Shown: piece by piece, positions 8,968 to 20,215 of the stretch
Layout: every line of letters begins with the position of its first letter
Numbering within the stretch: the stretch's first letter is position 1
From: Verrucomicrobiota bacterium
Lineage (GTDB): Bacteria > Verrucomicrobiota > Verrucomicrobiia > Opitutales > Coraliomargaritaceae
Reading direction: 5' to 3'
NCBI GenBank assembly: GCA_039815375.1
Contig: JBCBZJ010000014.1
Span: 15,402-79,401 of the forward strand
Length of the DNA: 64,000 nt
Translations under genes and position numbers: made by a program
The notes under the pieces: generated by a model
The model's input: only the letters and a program-made list of their open reading frames with translations
Database searches by the model: none
Told to the model about the DNA's origin: nothing

Positions 8968-11031
8968 ATGATTGGACTTATCGAGAACGCAGGAAGCCCG
9001 CCGGAAACCGGCTATCTACAGCGTCTGGTTCGATCCATATTTGAAGAAGGCGGTTATTTGCAAAAAGAGCTCGGGCTCGATCACCGTCCTGAGCAAGCCC
9101 AGATGGCACAATCGGTAGCGCGCTCCCTTGAGACGGACCATCCACTCCTTTTCGAAGCCGGCACAGGTGTCGGCAAGAGCCTCGCTTACCTGATCCCGGG
9201 CATCATCCATTCGGTCGATTCGGAACGGCCCTTTATCGTTTCCAGCCACACCATTAGTTTGCAGGAGCAAATCCGGAACAAAGACCTTAAGATCTGCGAG
9301 AAGCTCTTTAAAGCTGTTCCAGCACTCGGTCGCTATGACAGCTTCAGGACTGCACTGATGGTCGGCAAAGGAAACTATTGTTGTACTACGCGATTAAGCA
9401 ATGCGCTGAAAGACGCAAAGAACGCGCAATCAGAACTCTTCGCTTCGGAAGAACGCAACGACCTTGCCCGCATAGCGGCCTGGTCGGCCACCAGCAAAAA
9501 TGGGCTCGTCCAGGAGCTCTCTCCCAGCCCTCTGCCCGAGGTCTGGGATGCAATTAACGCCGACAGCTCAACATGCTCGCGTAAAAACTGCGATCCTGGC
9601 ATTTGCTTTTACCAACGTGCCCGCAAACAGCTGCACAGCGCGAACTGCATAATCGTCAACCATAGCCTGCTTTTCGCACTTATCAATGCCGGCATGCAAC
9701 CGGAGGGGGATGGCCGCGGAGTGCTGCTGGCAGATGATTTCGTAGTACTCGACGAAGGTCATCGCGTCCCAGCAATCGCAACCGATCACTTCGGTGTCCA
9801 TATCAGCTCCTATGCTGTCGACCGGGCATTAAAGCGCATCTACAATCCGCGCACGAATCGTGGTGCAATTAAGAAACTCGGGCAAAAGTGGGACCACGAT
9901 GCAGTGGACAATGCGCTCGGCGCAGCGCATGAGTTTTTTAGTTATCTTGGTGACACCTTCCTGACAAAGAAGCCGGTTCAGAGGATTCACAGCGAAGGCT
10001 TTTGTGAGAATATCCTATCCGGCCCACTAAAAGAAGTTACCGAACGGCTCGGTGAAATTATCCAGAAAATCGACGACGAACGTATGCAGGATGAGCTTCG
10101 CGACCACCGCAGGCGTATCATGGGCTACCGCAATGGCATCAACGGCTTTGTCGATTTTTCCGAAGAAGCCCACGTGCAGTGGCTCGAACGTTCCGGCAAG
10201 AAAAGCCAAATTGTAACCTTACGCAGCGCACCACTCGACGTGGCGCCGCACCTACGTGAAGCACTTTTCTCGAGAGGCACATCAGTCACGATGACCAGCG
10301 CGACACTTTCTGACGGGAAGCATCTCGATAGTTTCCAGGAAAAGGCCGGAGCACAACTCGCTGACACCGGTATTGTGCATTCGCCTTTCAATTACAAAGA
10401 GAACTGCCGTATTTATATCTCGACCGACGCACCGCAACCCGAACCGGGCAAGGGGCGCCTCGACTTGGACTACCTGGCAAATATGATCTGCTGGTGCGCA
10501 CGCAATGAGCCGGGTGGCAGTCTTGTTCTCTTCACCAGCCATTTTGATTTAAGAAAAGTTGCTGAACGCAGCGAAGCATTCTTTAGAAAGATCAACCGGC
10601 CGCTCTTTACTCAAGGAGCCGGACAAGCGCGCACGGAACTAACGCGTCAGTTCACCGACGCAGGTAACGGTATCCTCTTCGGGACAGATAGTTTCTGGAC
10701 CGGAGTCGACGTGCCGGGACCCGCTCTGTCGCAGGTCATTATTGCACGCCTTCCCTTTGAAAACCCGGGACATCCAGTAAGTGAAGCGCGCAGCGAATAC
10801 ATTCGCGAACACGGAGGAAATCCCTTTGCGGAAATGATGGTGCCGGAGGCCTTGGTTAAGTTCAGGCAGGGAATCGGACGCCTGATTCGTCGTCACCAGG
10901 ACAAAGGTCGCATTGTAATTCTAGATTCACGCATATTGAGTAAATCCTATGGGCCCCGGTTCATCGAATCCTTACCTGTCAATGAATATGCTCGCTTCGA
11001 CCGGGAGAACAGAAAGAGCGTTTTTGGTTGA
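8968..11031 (+). CDS. ATP-dependent DNA helicase, DinG/YoaA family
   Basis: EAGTGVGKSLAYL, Fe-S-type Cys residues, VNHSLL, LDEGH, TSATL, FWTGVDVPG, QGIGRLIR. Confidence 0.92.
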   Translation: MIGLIENAGSPPETGYLQRLVRSIFEEGGYLQKELGLDHRPEQAQMAQSVARSLETDHPLLFEAGTGVGKSLAYLIPGIIHSVDSERPFIVSSHTISLQEQIRNKDLKICEKLFKAVPALGRYDSFRTALMVGKGNYCCTTRLSNALKDAKNAQSELFASEERNDLARIAAWSATSKNGLVQELSPSPLPEVWDAINADSSTCSRKNCDPGICFYQRARKQLHSANCIIVNHSLLFALINAGMQPEGDGRGVLLADDFVVLDEGHRVPAIATDHFGVHISSYAVDRALKRIYNPRTNRGAIKKLGQKWDHDAVDNALGAAHEFFSYLGDTFLTKKPVQRIHSEGFCENILSGPLKEVTERLGEIIQKIDDERMQDELRDHRRRIMGYRNGINGFVDFSEEAHVQWLERSGKKSQIVTLRSAPLDVAPHLREALFSRGTSVTMTSATLSDGKHLDSFQEKAGAQLADTGIVHSPFNYKENCRIYISTDAPQPEPGKGRLDLDYLANMICWCARNEPGGSLVLFTSHFDLRKVAERSEAFFRKINRPLFTQGAGQARTELTRQFTDAGNGILFGTDSFWTGVDVPGPALSQVIIARLPFENPGHPVSEARSEYIREHGGNPFAEMMVPEALVKFRQGIGRLIRRHQDKGRIVILDSRILSKSYGPRFIESLPVNEYARFDRENRKSVFG

Positions 11032-11062
11032 ATGACCTGTTAGCCTTGTTGAGCTATTGATT

Positions 11063-11779
11063 ATGAAAGTTTGCTCATTCGGTATGACAGATCGAGGTCA
11101 GGTGCGAGAATTCAATGAAGACGCCTTCTTCATTGATGACGTGCATCAGGTCTATGCTGTTGCTGACGGACTGGGCGGCCTGCCAGGTGGCGCAGACGCG
11201 AGTAAACGAATCGTTGCCCTTCTGGGTCAGAGTATGGAGCACATCGACGCCAAGGAAGAACGTTTCGATCTTGCCGAGCTGATCATTGGCATCAACCAGA
11301 TCATTTCCAAGGAAGGCATGTCCGCCCATCCATTCACTGGTAGCGGGAGCACACTAACGCTTTGCCAAATCGTGGCGGATCAGCTGCTGATCGGACATGT
11401 AGGTGATTCTGCTATCTATTTGCTGCGTAAGAATCAACTGAAGAAGCTGACCATCGATCATACGATGGAGCAAAAACTGATCGACCAGCATGGAGAGGAA
11501 GCACGGGAGTTCATGCCACCCGAATACCCACATACCTTGACACGATGCGTAGGCCAAAAGGAAGATCTAAGAGTCGATCAAACTCGAATGTCGATTGAAC
11601 CTGGTGACCGTATCCTGCTCTGCACAGACGGTCTCAACAAAGTTGTTAGTGAAGACGAAATCAATACGGTGTTGTCCGAAGGTGACGACCTTGAGTCGAT
11701 CTCTGTTACACTCGCAAAAAAAGCAAACGCAAAGGACGGTCCGGATAACATCACGGTTATCACCCTCTTTATCAGCTAA
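11063..11779 (+). CDS. PP2C-family Ser/Thr protein phosphatase
   Basis: TDRG.VR..NED, VADGLGG, HVGDS, LLCTDGL, DNIT. Confidence 0.92.
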   Translation: MKVCSFGMTDRGQVREFNEDAFFIDDVHQVYAVADGLGGLPGGADASKRIVALLGQSMEHIDAKEERFDLAELIIGINQIISKEGMSAHPFTGSGSTLTLCQIVADQLLIGHVGDSAIYLLRKNQLKKLTIDHTMEQKLIDQHGEEAREFMPPEYPHTLTRCVGQKEDLRVDQTRMSIEPGDRILLCTDGLNKVVSEDEINTVLSEGDDLESISVTLAKKANAKDGPDNITVITLFIS

Positions 11780-11783
11780 GTAT

Positions 11784-12095
11784 ATGACTAAAAAATCCGA
11801 GATCTTTCTACCCAAAGTCGAAGCGAAGCCTGATAATATGCTTTTCCGATTCAGTCTGGGGCAGGCTCTCTACGAAGAAGGAGACCTGTCCGCATCTATC
11901 GAGCACCTCCAGCACTGCGCAGCATCACGCGATGACTGGATGTTGCCGCGCATTCTATTGGGTAAGGCGCTGCTGCAAAACAAGCGTTCTCTTGAGGCAA
12001 AGCCGATTCTAGAAGATGCGCTGAAACTTGCGATTGATCAGCATCATGAAGAACCTGCAGAAGAGCTCCAGATGCTGCTAAAGGATTTCGAATAA
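11784..12095 (+). CDS. Small TPR-like protein
   Basis: Helical repeat pattern (P.N.LFRFSLGQAL; LLGKALL; A...LE.AL.LA..Q.HEEP); start moved to MTKK at 11784. Confidence 0.7.
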   Translation: MTKKSEIFLPKVEAKPDNMLFRFSLGQALYEEGDLSASIEHLQHCAASRDDWMLPRILLGKALLQNKRSLEAKPILEDALKLAIDQHHEEPAEELQMLLKDFE

Positions 12096-12209
12096 TAGGT
12101 TATAAGGCTCCAAAATCTTCTAATATCCAAATCGAGAGTGTCATTTTTAGGTCGCACACTGTGAAAATTATCTCTTGATGAAGATTACACCTTATTCTTC
12201 ATTAAGGAT

Positions 12210-12644
12210 ATGGCCCAAATTTTACCTAACGCTATTTGCTCAAAAGAATTCCTATCTGGTGCTCTTAATGGTAAAAATGTGTGCATTGTAGATGACGACG
12301 AGCACTCAATTGAAATCCTCACCGCTTATTTGAGAGGCTTTTGCTTGAATATTAAGGCCTTTAACAACCCGATCGATGCTCTGGATTATTTGAACACAGA
12401 AAAGCCCGACGTGCTTTTACTCGATGTGATGATGCCTGAAATGGATGGATGGGAAGCTTTTACACGCATCCGAGGCATTCCTCGACTGGCTGCCCTTCCC
12501 GTATTGTTTGTAACCTGCCTATCAGATCCGATGTTCGAAGCAGAACTGAAAAAGGATGAGTTTTGCGCGTCGCTCGGAAAGCCGATTCCACGTATAACCC
12601 TACTCGAAAAGATCGCCAGCTTGCTTGAAGGCCAACCTGTTTGA
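12210..12644 (+). CDS. Single-domain response regulator receiver
   Basis: IVDDD, LLLDVMMPEMDG, conserved T and KP. Confidence 0.9.
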   Translation: MAQILPNAICSKEFLSGALNGKNVCIVDDDEHSIEILTAYLRGFCLNIKAFNNPIDALDYLNTEKPDVLLLDVMMPEMDGWEAFTRIRGIPRLAALPVLFVTCLSDPMFEAELKKDEFCASLGKPIPRITLLEKIASLLEGQPV

Positions 12645-12645
12645 A

Positions 12646-14151
12646 TCAGGGAATTATCGGCAGGACTGCAGGAATCAGGCCGATGATAATGGTCGCAGCA
12701 ACCAGAGAGCCAAATAGAAAGCGATCTGAAACAGTTGAATGCCCACGCATATCGTGGACAATTTCATTGGTCGGAACGCTGAAGTAACATTCTCGAATCC
12801 AACCAAAATAGTAGTAGATCGATATCGCTATACCAAGAACAGCGATGCCGAGGAGTTCGTAAAGCTGAGCCTGAAAGGCCGCAACAAATAGGAACAACTT
12901 TCCAATAAAACCGCCCAGCGGGGGAATACCAGCCAGAGAACCAAGGCCGACAGCAAGAACTCCACTCAAAAACGGGCGCTTGCGTGAATAGTTCGTATAG
13001 TGGTCCAGCTCCTGATTCGCATCATCCGAACCGGAAGAAAGCGACATTACTCCAAAAACTGCAAAGGAGGCCAAAAGGTAGGTTACCAAATAGAAGACCA
13101 CCGCATAAATCGCCCAGGGCACGGTGATGGAAGCGACAACGCCCATCAACATGTAGCCCGCATGAGCGACTCCGGATAGGCCCATTAAGCGCTTCACATT
13201 TCGTTGCGTCACGGCAGCAATATTACCGAAAAGAATCGTCGCCGCCGCAATGTAGCAAAGCACCGGAACCAAGAGATCGTTCAGACCGGAGAACGGACCT
13301 TGAACCAACTGAAGCAGCACAATAAACCCGGCCGCCTTTGAAGCCACGGCAAGGTAGGCAGTCACGGGTGTTGGCGCACCCTGATACACATCCGGCACCC
13401 AAATCTGGAAGGGAATCGCTCCAATCTTGAAGCAGATTCCGGCAATGACCAAGAGAGCACCGACCCGGACAATTAGATTATCCGAGTTCATAGTGATAAA
13501 GTGCGTCAGCTCACTGTAGCTGAGAGAATCCTGAGAATATCCAGGCAACCCCGGATTGCCTGCCACACCGTAAAGTAAGACGATACCGAAAAGTAGAATC
13601 GCAGAGCTTAGCGCACCAAGAATGAGATACTTCAGTCCGCCTTCCAGCGACAGCGAACTGTTGCGGCAATAAGCAACCAGCACGTAGAAAGCGACCGTAA
13701 CCGTCTCCAGAGCAACAAACAGCATGACGAAGTTAGAACTCTGAACAAGCAGCATCATCGCAGCCGAAATCAGGATGACCAAATGGTAGAACTCGGTCTT
13801 GGCCAGATACTGTTTCGAAAGATAGATCTGACCGAGATAGCAAACCAGCACAGAGCTCAGTATAAAAAAACCACGCATCATTTGCGTAACGTCACTTTGC
13901 TCAATCATGCCACTAAAGAAGCTGCCTTTGACCAGATAACATCCTCCAATGCAGCTGAATGCATAAACTCCGATCAAGACCTGACCCCAAATAGCCAGAC
14001 GTGGCATAATTTTCTGGCCACCCTTTGGGAGGAACATTTCTGCAACAAGTAATCCAAGAGCAAGAACAGCCATCAAAATTTCCGGTAGGATGGCAGACCA
14101 GTCGTTGGTCGCGGTATAGCCGCGAAGAAATTCTGCAAGAAGCTCATTCAT
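12646..14151 (-). CDS. nuoN: NADH-quinone oxidoreductase subunit N
   Basis: EGGLKYLILG, FKIGAIPFQIWVPDVYQGAPTP, SLAGIPPLGGF; last gene of the nuo operon. Confidence 0.95.
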   Translation of the reverse strand: MNELLAEFLRGYTATNDWSAILPEILMAVLALGLLVAEMFLPKGGQKIMPRLAIWGQVLIGVYAFSCIGGCYLVKGSFFSGMIEQSDVTQMMRGFFILSSVLVCYLGQIYLSKQYLAKTEFYHLVILISAAMMLLVQSSNFVMLFVALETVTVAFYVLVAYCRNSSLSLEGGLKYLILGALSSAILLFGIVLLYGVAGNPGLPGYSQDSLSYSELTHFITMNSDNLIVRVGALLVIAGICFKIGAIPFQIWVPDVYQGAPTPVTAYLAVASKAAGFIVLLQLVQGPFSGLNDLLVPVLCYIAAATILFGNIAAVTQRNVKRLMGLSGVAHAGYMLMGVVASITVPWAIYAVVFYLVTYLLASFAVFGVMSLSSGSDDANQELDHYTNYSRKRPFLSGVLAVGLGSLAGIPPLGGFIGKLFLFVAAFQAQLYELLGIAVLGIAISIYYYFGWIRECYFSVPTNEIVHDMRGHSTVSDRFLFGSLVAATIIIGLIPAVLPIIP

Positions 14152-15731
14152 TATTGGGAAACCTCCTCGTGGATCTTAACCTTAGGTGCTGCGGCTCTCG
14201 AATGGACCGGTAAATGACTCTCATCCTGAGGATAAAGTATTGCCAACTCCCGATCAGCAGCATCCGAAAAGACACGCGGGAAGATACCTGTCAAAAATAG
14301 GCCGGTCACTAGAATGCAAGCTGGGAGCTTTTCATAACTTTTCATGTCTTCGATCTGGTCAGACTCAAGGCGCTCGGCAAAACCCTCTCTTGGTTGACCG
14401 AAGAAGATGTTGGCAGCGGCACGCAGTCCATAAATCGCTGAAATGATGATCCCGACAGCAGCTGGTGCGACAAGCCAGCGAGTCACTTCAGTTTCGGCCA
14501 GAGCAACGAAAATAGTGAACTCTCCCCAGAAATTACCAAACCCGGGCAGGCCTATGCTTGCCATGGTTGCGGCAACAAAGAATGCGGCAAGCACCGGAGT
14601 CTTGACCGCAAGACTACCCATCGCCGACATGTCGAAGGTCTGGCTGCGATGGTAAATACAGGTCGACAACATGAAGAGAAGCGAAACGGAAAGTCCGTGG
14701 GCAATCATCATGAGAAGTGCACCACCCGCACCTGCGACTGAAAAACAGGCCAGTCCGAGGAAGGCGTAGCCCATGTGCATGACGGAACTGTAACCCAGCA
14801 TCATCTTCAGATCCTTCTGAGCCATGGTCACAAGACCAATAAAGATAATGTTCCCGAGCGCTAGCCAAACAATCCAGGGAAACCAGTGTTCCGCACCAGA
14901 TGGAAGCAGTGGCGCAGCAATTTGGAGAAGACCATAAAGCCCGAACTTCTTGAGCACACCGGCATGCAACATGGCTGCCCCAGTCGGGGCAACGGCATAG
15001 CCTTTGGGTGCCCAACTATGAAATGGAAAGAGAGAAACAAGGATGCCAAAACCAAACAGGAGCAAGGCATACACATTGCTCTGCAGTGTTTCGGAGAAAG
15101 GCTGTGAGGCGAGGTAGTTTCGCAACTCAGGGAGCGAAAAGGAGGTCGCCTCACTCTCCACGTAAAGTGCGATCAAACCAAGCAGTGAGAGCAGCGCACC
15201 AATGGTCAGATAGATCGTCATCTCAATCGCTGCACCACGACGACCTGCTCCACCCCAGATACCGATCATGATGAAAGTGGGGATCAGTGCGAATTCGTGG
15301 AAGAAATAGAAAAAGAAAACGTCAACCGATGCGAAAGTGCCCATCAGGCCACCGAGCATAAAGAGCAACAAGGCAAGATAGAGATGCGGGGACTCAGCCT
15401 TCGAATGCATCGCGTACAAACCGGCCGCGAGACCAACGGTGCCGGCGAGGATGAAGAGCGGCATGGAAATACCGTTCAAGCCGAGATGCAGATAGATACC
15501 GACACTCTCCAAACCGGTTGGTAGCTTAAGCTCAAAATTGTATCCACCCGCAAGGTCCGGCTCGAAAAGGCCGTAAAGCATAAGCCCGATAATCAGCGGC
15601 CAACCGAACCCGAACGCAGACACAGCTTGGCGAGTGGACTCGCTGAAGCGAGCCCCGAACACAAGGATCGAGCCAGCCAGAATCGGCGCCAAAATTGCCG
15701 CCAGAAGAAAGTATGAATTCGTTTCGTTCAT
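14151..15731 (-). CDS. nuoM: NADH-quinone oxidoreductase subunit M
   Basis: PFHSWAP, GVLKKFGLYG, YSSVMHMG, SIGLPGFGNFWGEF. Confidence 0.95.
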   Translation of the reverse strand: MNETNSYFLLAAILAPILAGSILVFGARFSESTRQAVSAFGFGWPLIIGLMLYGLFEPDLAGGYNFELKLPTGLESVGIYLHLGLNGISMPLFILAGTVGLAAGLYAMHSKAESPHLYLALLLFMLGGLMGTFASVDVFFFYFFHEFALIPTFIMIGIWGGAGRRGAAIEMTIYLTIGALLSLLGLIALYVESEATSFSLPELRNYLASQPFSETLQSNVYALLLFGFGILVSLFPFHSWAPKGYAVAPTGAAMLHAGVLKKFGLYGLLQIAAPLLPSGAEHWFPWIVWLALGNIIFIGLVTMAQKDLKMMLGYSSVMHMGYAFLGLACFSVAGAGGALLMMIAHGLSVSLLFMLSTCIYHRSQTFDMSAMGSLAVKTPVLAAFFVAATMASIGLPGFGNFWGEFTIFVALAETEVTRWLVAPAAVGIIISAIYGLRAAANIFFGQPREGFAERLESDQIEDMKSYEKLPACILVTGLFLTGIFPRVFSDAADRELAILYPQDESHLPVHSRAAAPKVKIHEEVSQ

Positions 15732-15746
15732 TCCGATAATCCCGCT

Positions 15747-17600
15747 TTAGCCAATGAGTCCAGCCGCTACAGCCCAAAGAATAATGAGCCCTGTAAGAAA
15801 CCAATAAACGTAACTATGAATATTGCCTACATGTAGTGCCTTGGAGCACATACCCACAAGCCCGACAAGACCCGCGCTACCACGAACCATTAAACCCTTG
15901 ATGATGAAGACGTCGAAAAAACCGGTTAGATTGGCGAAGCGTTGTTGAACTTTCGTAACGTAGAAATTGTAAACCTCATCAAACCAAAGCCGATTCTGAA
16001 GAAAACCGTAGACCGGTGACGCCACCTTATTGAGTTTGTCCTCCTTCGCGCCGCGACCATAGAAAAAGAACGAACCAGTCAGACCAATGACCCAGGCAAG
16101 CGTCCCAAAAAGCACAATCCTATGGTGCATGTCATCATAGCCATCAAACTGCTTGAGTTGGTATTTGTCCGCCTTGATGGTCTCGCCCAACACTTCGGGC
16201 CAATAGCCGAGCCAGCCTCCTACAACCGAAAGCACTGCTAAAACAATCAGCGGCACAACCATGACGAGCGGACTCTCCTTGGCATGCGATGCAGCTTCCG
16301 AATTTGGTTTACCAAGAAACACGATCCAGAACAGCCGACCCATGTAACCGGCAGTAAGAAGCGCACCGAAAGTAAGTAGTATCGCAACCGCATTGTTCTC
16401 GAAACCAGCAGCGATCAGAATGGCATCTTTCGAATAGTAGCCGGAGAGTCCGTAGACGCCGCAGAGCGCCAGAATACCAATGAGAAAAGTGAAGGCCGTG
16501 ATCGGCATCCTCTTCCAAAGGCCACCCATCTTGAAAATGTCCTGCTCATGGTGACAGCCGTGAATGACGGAACCGGCCCCAAGGAAGAGCAGTGCTTTGA
16601 AGAAGGCGTGAGTGATGAGGTGAAAGAGGGCAATACCAGGATAGCCCAACCCAAAAGCCGCACCGATGTAACCCAGCTGCGAAAGCGTGGAGTAAGCAAG
16701 GATTTGCTTAATATCGCGACGAGCGTAAGCACAGAATCCCGCATAAACCGCACCAAAGACACCGAGCCAGATAATGACAGAGAGCACCTCCGGCGGGAAA
16801 AGGTAAACGATCCGTATCAGGAAGTAACCTCCTGCTGCGACCATGGTTGCAGCGTGGATCAGGGCGGAAACCGGAGTCGGGCCAGCCATTGCATCCGGCA
16901 GCCAAACGTGAAGCGGAAACTGTGCGGACTTTCCGATGAAGCCACACATGAGGAGTGCCGCGATACCTGCATTGATGATCGAGGGGTTTGCACCAACGAT
17001 TTCGCCCATCACTTCAAGATCAGTCGTTCCAAAATACCAGTAAGCATAGGCAATACCGACGACGAAACCGAGGTCACCGATGCGGTTAACAATAAAGGCT
17101 TTTTTCTGCGCAGCGGCTGCGGCAGGCTTTGTCATGTAATGACCGATCAGCATGTAAGAGCTAAATCCAACCAGCTCCCAGAATACGAAAATCATGATCA
17201 AGTTGTCCGCTAGAACGATGCCAAGCATTGAGAACATGAAGATCGACAAGCCCCCGAAGTAGCGAGCGGGTGAAGCATCGTCAGACATGTAGCCAAGACT
17301 GAATAGGTGAATCAGGAAACCGACAAAGGTCACCATCAGCAGCATGGTTGACGAAACGTCATCCAAAAAGACCCCCATTGAAACGTCAAATGCACCAAAA
17401 TGTAACCAGGACCATGACTTGTGAACTATCTCACCTCCTGCTGCGAACAATGCATTGACCGTAGCAACAAAGATCAGACCTGCCGTTCCGACGGAAACAT
17501 AAGAAGCGATCTTCCCATGACGGCGTAGAAATAAGGCGATAATCGCCGCTGAAAAGAGCGGCGCAAGCAGGACGATTAGAAGTGATTGTGTGGCGCTCAC
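15747..17600 (-). CDS. nuoL: NADH-quinone oxidoreductase subunit L
   Basis: [52 protein letters not shown]. Confidence 0.96.
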   Translation of the reverse strand: MSATQSLLIVLLAPLFSAAIIALFLRRHGKIASYVSVGTAGLIFVATVNALFAAGGEIVHKSWSWLHFGAFDVSMGVFLDDVSSTMLLMVTFVGFLIHLFSLGYMSDDASPARYFGGLSIFMFSMLGIVLADNLIMIFVFWELVGFSSYMLIGHYMTKPAAAAAQKKAFIVNRIGDLGFVVGIAYAYWYFGTTDLEVMGEIVGANPSIINAGIAALLMCGFIGKSAQFPLHVWLPDAMAGPTPVSALIHAATMVAAGGYFLIRIVYLFPPEVLSVIIWLGVFGAVYAGFCAYARRDIKQILAYSTLSQLGYIGAAFGLGYPGIALFHLITHAFFKALLFLGAGSVIHGCHHEQDIFKMGGLWKRMPITAFTFLIGILALCGVYGLSGYYSKDAILIAAGFENNAVAILLTFGALLTAGYMGRLFWIVFLGKPNSEAASHAKESPLVMVVPLIVLAVLSVVGGWLGYWPEVLGETIKADKYQLKQFDGYDDMHHRIVLFGTLAWVIGLTGSFFFYGRGAKEDKLNKVASPVYGFLQNRLWFDEVYNFYVTKVQQRFANLTGFFDVFIIKGLMVRGSAGLVGLVGMCSKALHVGNIHSYVYWFLTGLIILWAVAAGLIG

Positions 17601-17902
17601 CGGCTTAATGCGTTTAGGTTATCGACCATCACCGACTGACGCTTGCGGAAGAGCGCAACGATAATGGCGAGACCGACGGCCACTTCAGCAGCGGCCACGG
17701 TGATGATGAAGAAAACGAAAAGGTTACCATCCATCGTGCCGTTGTAGCGTGAAAAGGCGACCAGTGCCAGGTTGACGGCGTTGAGCATGAGCTCAAGCGA
17801 CATATAGATCACCAAGGTGTTTTTGCGCAGCAGCACACCGAGCAGGCCAATCGCGAAGAGCATTCCTGCAACTAGAATGAAAGCATTCAGTCCGACTGTC
17901 AT
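17597..17902 (-). CDS. nuoK: NADH-quinone oxidoreductase subunit K
   Basis: [24 protein letters not shown]. Confidence 0.96.
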   Translation of the reverse strand: MTVGLNAFILVAGMLFAIGLLGVLLRKNTLVIYMSLELMLNAVNLALVAFSRYNGTMDGNLFVFFIITVAAAEVAVGLAIIVALFRKRQSVMVDNLNALSR

Positions 17903-17909
17903 GTTGTTG

Positions 17910-18521
17910 TTAGGATTCGTTCGAAGCTTCGTTGTGCTTTTTACTCACCACGATCACGCCAATCATGGCGGCGAGGAGCAAAAACCCCGTTACCTGGAAC
18001 GGAAGCATGTATTTCGTAAATAAGCTGTAGCCAAAGGACTTGGCCGAAGTAGTAAAAGGGATCCCGGCACCGGTCGCGAATTCCGGAGCGCTAGAAGCAA
18101 ATTCACCAAGGCTGCCGGAAAGGACCTGTTGCGCAGACATCTCAGGGTTTGCACTTACAGGGACCAAGGTCGGCTCGGGGAGGTTGCCACCTGAAAAGGC
18201 CGTCACGATAAGAATCGTGAGCAGCGAAAAGCCTGTGATGGAACCCGCTAAGGTCATTTTGTCTTTTAGGTAGCTCCTGCCATCCTTGTCTACATCCAGT
18301 AGCATGATGATAAATAGGAAGAGCACCATCACTGCGCCCGCGTATACGAGAATCTGGATGACGGCGAGAAAGTAGGCTTCAAGCAGAACAAAGATCGCAG
18401 CGGTGCCGACGAAAGAGACGATCATGCAGATCGCCCCGTTCACAGCATTCGGGCTCAGCACCATAAGAAGCGCGGAGATCAGCGTTACCGCTGCAAAAAC
18501 GTAGAAAAGGATATCGAGCAT
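17910..18521 (-). CDS. nuoJ: NADH-quinone oxidoreductase subunit J
   Basis: [29 protein letters not shown]. Confidence 0.95.
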   Translation of the reverse strand: MLDILFYVFAAVTLISALLMVLSPNAVNGAICMIVSFVGTAAIFVLLEAYFLAVIQILVYAGAVMVLFLFIIMLLDVDKDGRSYLKDKMTLAGSITGFSLLTILIVTAFSGGNLPEPTLVPVSANPEMSAQQVLSGSLGEFASSAPEFATGAGIPFTTSAKSFGYSLFTKYMLPFQVTGFLLLAAMIGVIVVSKKHNEASNES

Positions 18522-18535
18522 GCCAAGTATCGCAA

Positions 18536-19087
18536 TTAGTGGTGGGCATTCCCCTTCACTTCGGCGAGCTTCTTCTTATCCCATTTGTAATGCTCATCAG
18601 GGAGCGTCCCGCCAAGCTCGTAGAGCTTTTGCTTATTATTGACCATCTCTTCACGGCTATAGCCTGAAAGGGTAAAGACATCCTGAAGATAGATCGCCTC
18701 TTCGGGGCAGACTTCCTGGCAAAGACCACAGTAAATGCAACGAAGCATGTTGATATCAAATTCTCTCGGTGCCTTCTCGACATGTGCCCGGTCCGGCTCT
18801 TCCCCGGCATCGATTTCGCCCGGCTGAATACGAATGGCCTTGGGTGGGCAGACAAATTCGCAGAGTTGGCAGGATACACATTTCTCGCGACCATTCGGGT
18901 CCTTAACAAGGGTGGGAACACCGCGGTAGTTGTCAGGTATGTTCGGGCGCTCGTCCGGATACTGAAGCGTAACAGGCTTTTCGAGCATCGTGCCGAAGGT
19001 CGTCTTCAGGCCGCCTAGAATCTGCGGAATGAAGGTTTTCTCCGCGAGGGTCAGAGGCTTACGTTCGATTACTTTCGTCTTGGCCAT
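18536..19087 (-). CDS. nuoI: NADH-quinone oxidoreductase subunit I
   Basis: Two 4Fe-4S motifs, CVSCQLCEFVCP and CIYCGLCQEVCP. Confidence 0.96.
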   Translation of the reverse strand: MAKTKVIERKPLTLAEKTFIPQILGGLKTTFGTMLEKPVTLQYPDERPNIPDNYRGVPTLVKDPNGREKCVSCQLCEFVCPPKAIRIQPGEIDAGEEPDRAHVEKAPREFDINMLRCIYCGLCQEVCPEEAIYLQDVFTLSGYSREEMVNNKQKLYELGGTLPDEHYKWDKKKLAEVKGNAHH

Positions 19088-19090
19088 GGC

Positions 19091-20203
19091 TTAGCGGTTA
19101 AAGTGATCGTAGAGGGCGATGATCACGGTGTTAAAAACAAGGTTACCCACTGCGAGCGGAAGAAGAATCTTCCATCCGAGTGACATCACCTGATCGTAGC
19201 GAAAGCGCGGAAGCGTCCAACGAATCCAGATGAAAAAGAAAATCATGAAAAAGACCTTGGCCATAAACCAGCCGACCGAGAGCAGCGAGCCAATGATACC
19301 GTCAGGCCAAGGATCAGCGAACCATGGAAGGAAGTTCCATCCGCCGAGGAAGAGGAGCGTAAAGACAGCAGAGCCGATAATAATGTGAGCATATTCCGCC
19401 ACGAAGAAGATACCAAACTTGAAGCAGCCGTATTCCGTATGGAAACCACCAACAAGGTCGGTCTCCGACTCAGCCATATCAAAGGGCAGGCGATTTGTTT
19501 CCGCAAAAAGCGCGACGAGAAAGATCAATGCTGAGAGCGGCTGCCACATGGCAAGCCAGGCGGCCTCCTGAGACTTGACCACTCCAAAGAGGCTCATGCC
19601 GTATTCAGAGCCTGGAGCCGAAGCCCACATAAAGACTGGCAGCAGGGAAAGGCCCATCGCGAGCTCGTAGGAGATCATCTGTGCGGAGGCTCGAATCGCG
19701 CCAAGGAAAGGATATTTCGAATTTGATGCCCATCCTGCCAAAACGATGCCATAGACCCCAAGCGAAGATACCCCGAGAATGAAGAGCATACCCAGATCGA
19801 TGTTCGCCAGAACAAGTGGCTGAGTCACACCATCCGCATCGACATATTGACCGAAGGGCAGCACGACCATAGTTGTCAATGCGGGCGCCAACGCCACAAT
19901 CGGAGCAAGATAATAGTAGCCGACCTTTACGTGGCCGGGAGTGATCTCTTCCTTGAACAGAAATTTCAACCCATCCGCAGCAGGCTGGAAAAGACCAAAT
20001 CCGGTAAGCAGATTTCCGAGAATCGGGATATGGCCAACAATCGGAAGGCGCGTTCGATTTGGGCCAACGCGGCCCTGAATCCAACTCGAAACCTTGCGCT
20101 CTGCCAAAACAGAATAGGCGCAGAGCGACATGAAAACTGAAATCATGCCGAGCGCATAAGCGACTGGTAAAACGAAGGGCAACGATGCTTGGATAAATTC
20201 CAT
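19091..20203 (-). CDS. nuoH: NADH-quinone oxidoreductase subunit H
   Basis: ERK....Q.RVGPN, ADGLK...KE, AETNRLPFD.AESE, RWTLPRFRYDQ. Confidence 0.96.
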   Translation of the reverse strand: MEFIQASLPFVLPVAYALGMISVFMSLCAYSVLAERKVSSWIQGRVGPNRTRLPIVGHIPILGNLLTGFGLFQPAADGLKFLFKEEITPGHVKVGYYYLAPIVALAPALTTMVVLPFGQYVDADGVTQPLVLANIDLGMLFILGVSSLGVYGIVLAGWASNSKYPFLGAIRASAQMISYELAMGLSLLPVFMWASAPGSEYGMSLFGVVKSQEAAWLAMWQPLSALIFLVALFAETNRLPFDMAESETDLVGGFHTEYGCFKFGIFFVAEYAHIIIGSAVFTLLFLGGWNFLPWFADPWPDGIIGSLLSVGWFMAKVFFMIFFFIWIRWTLPRFRYDQVMSLGWKILLPLAVGNLVFNTVIIALYDHFNR

Positions 20204-20215
20204 ATTCTGCTTTGC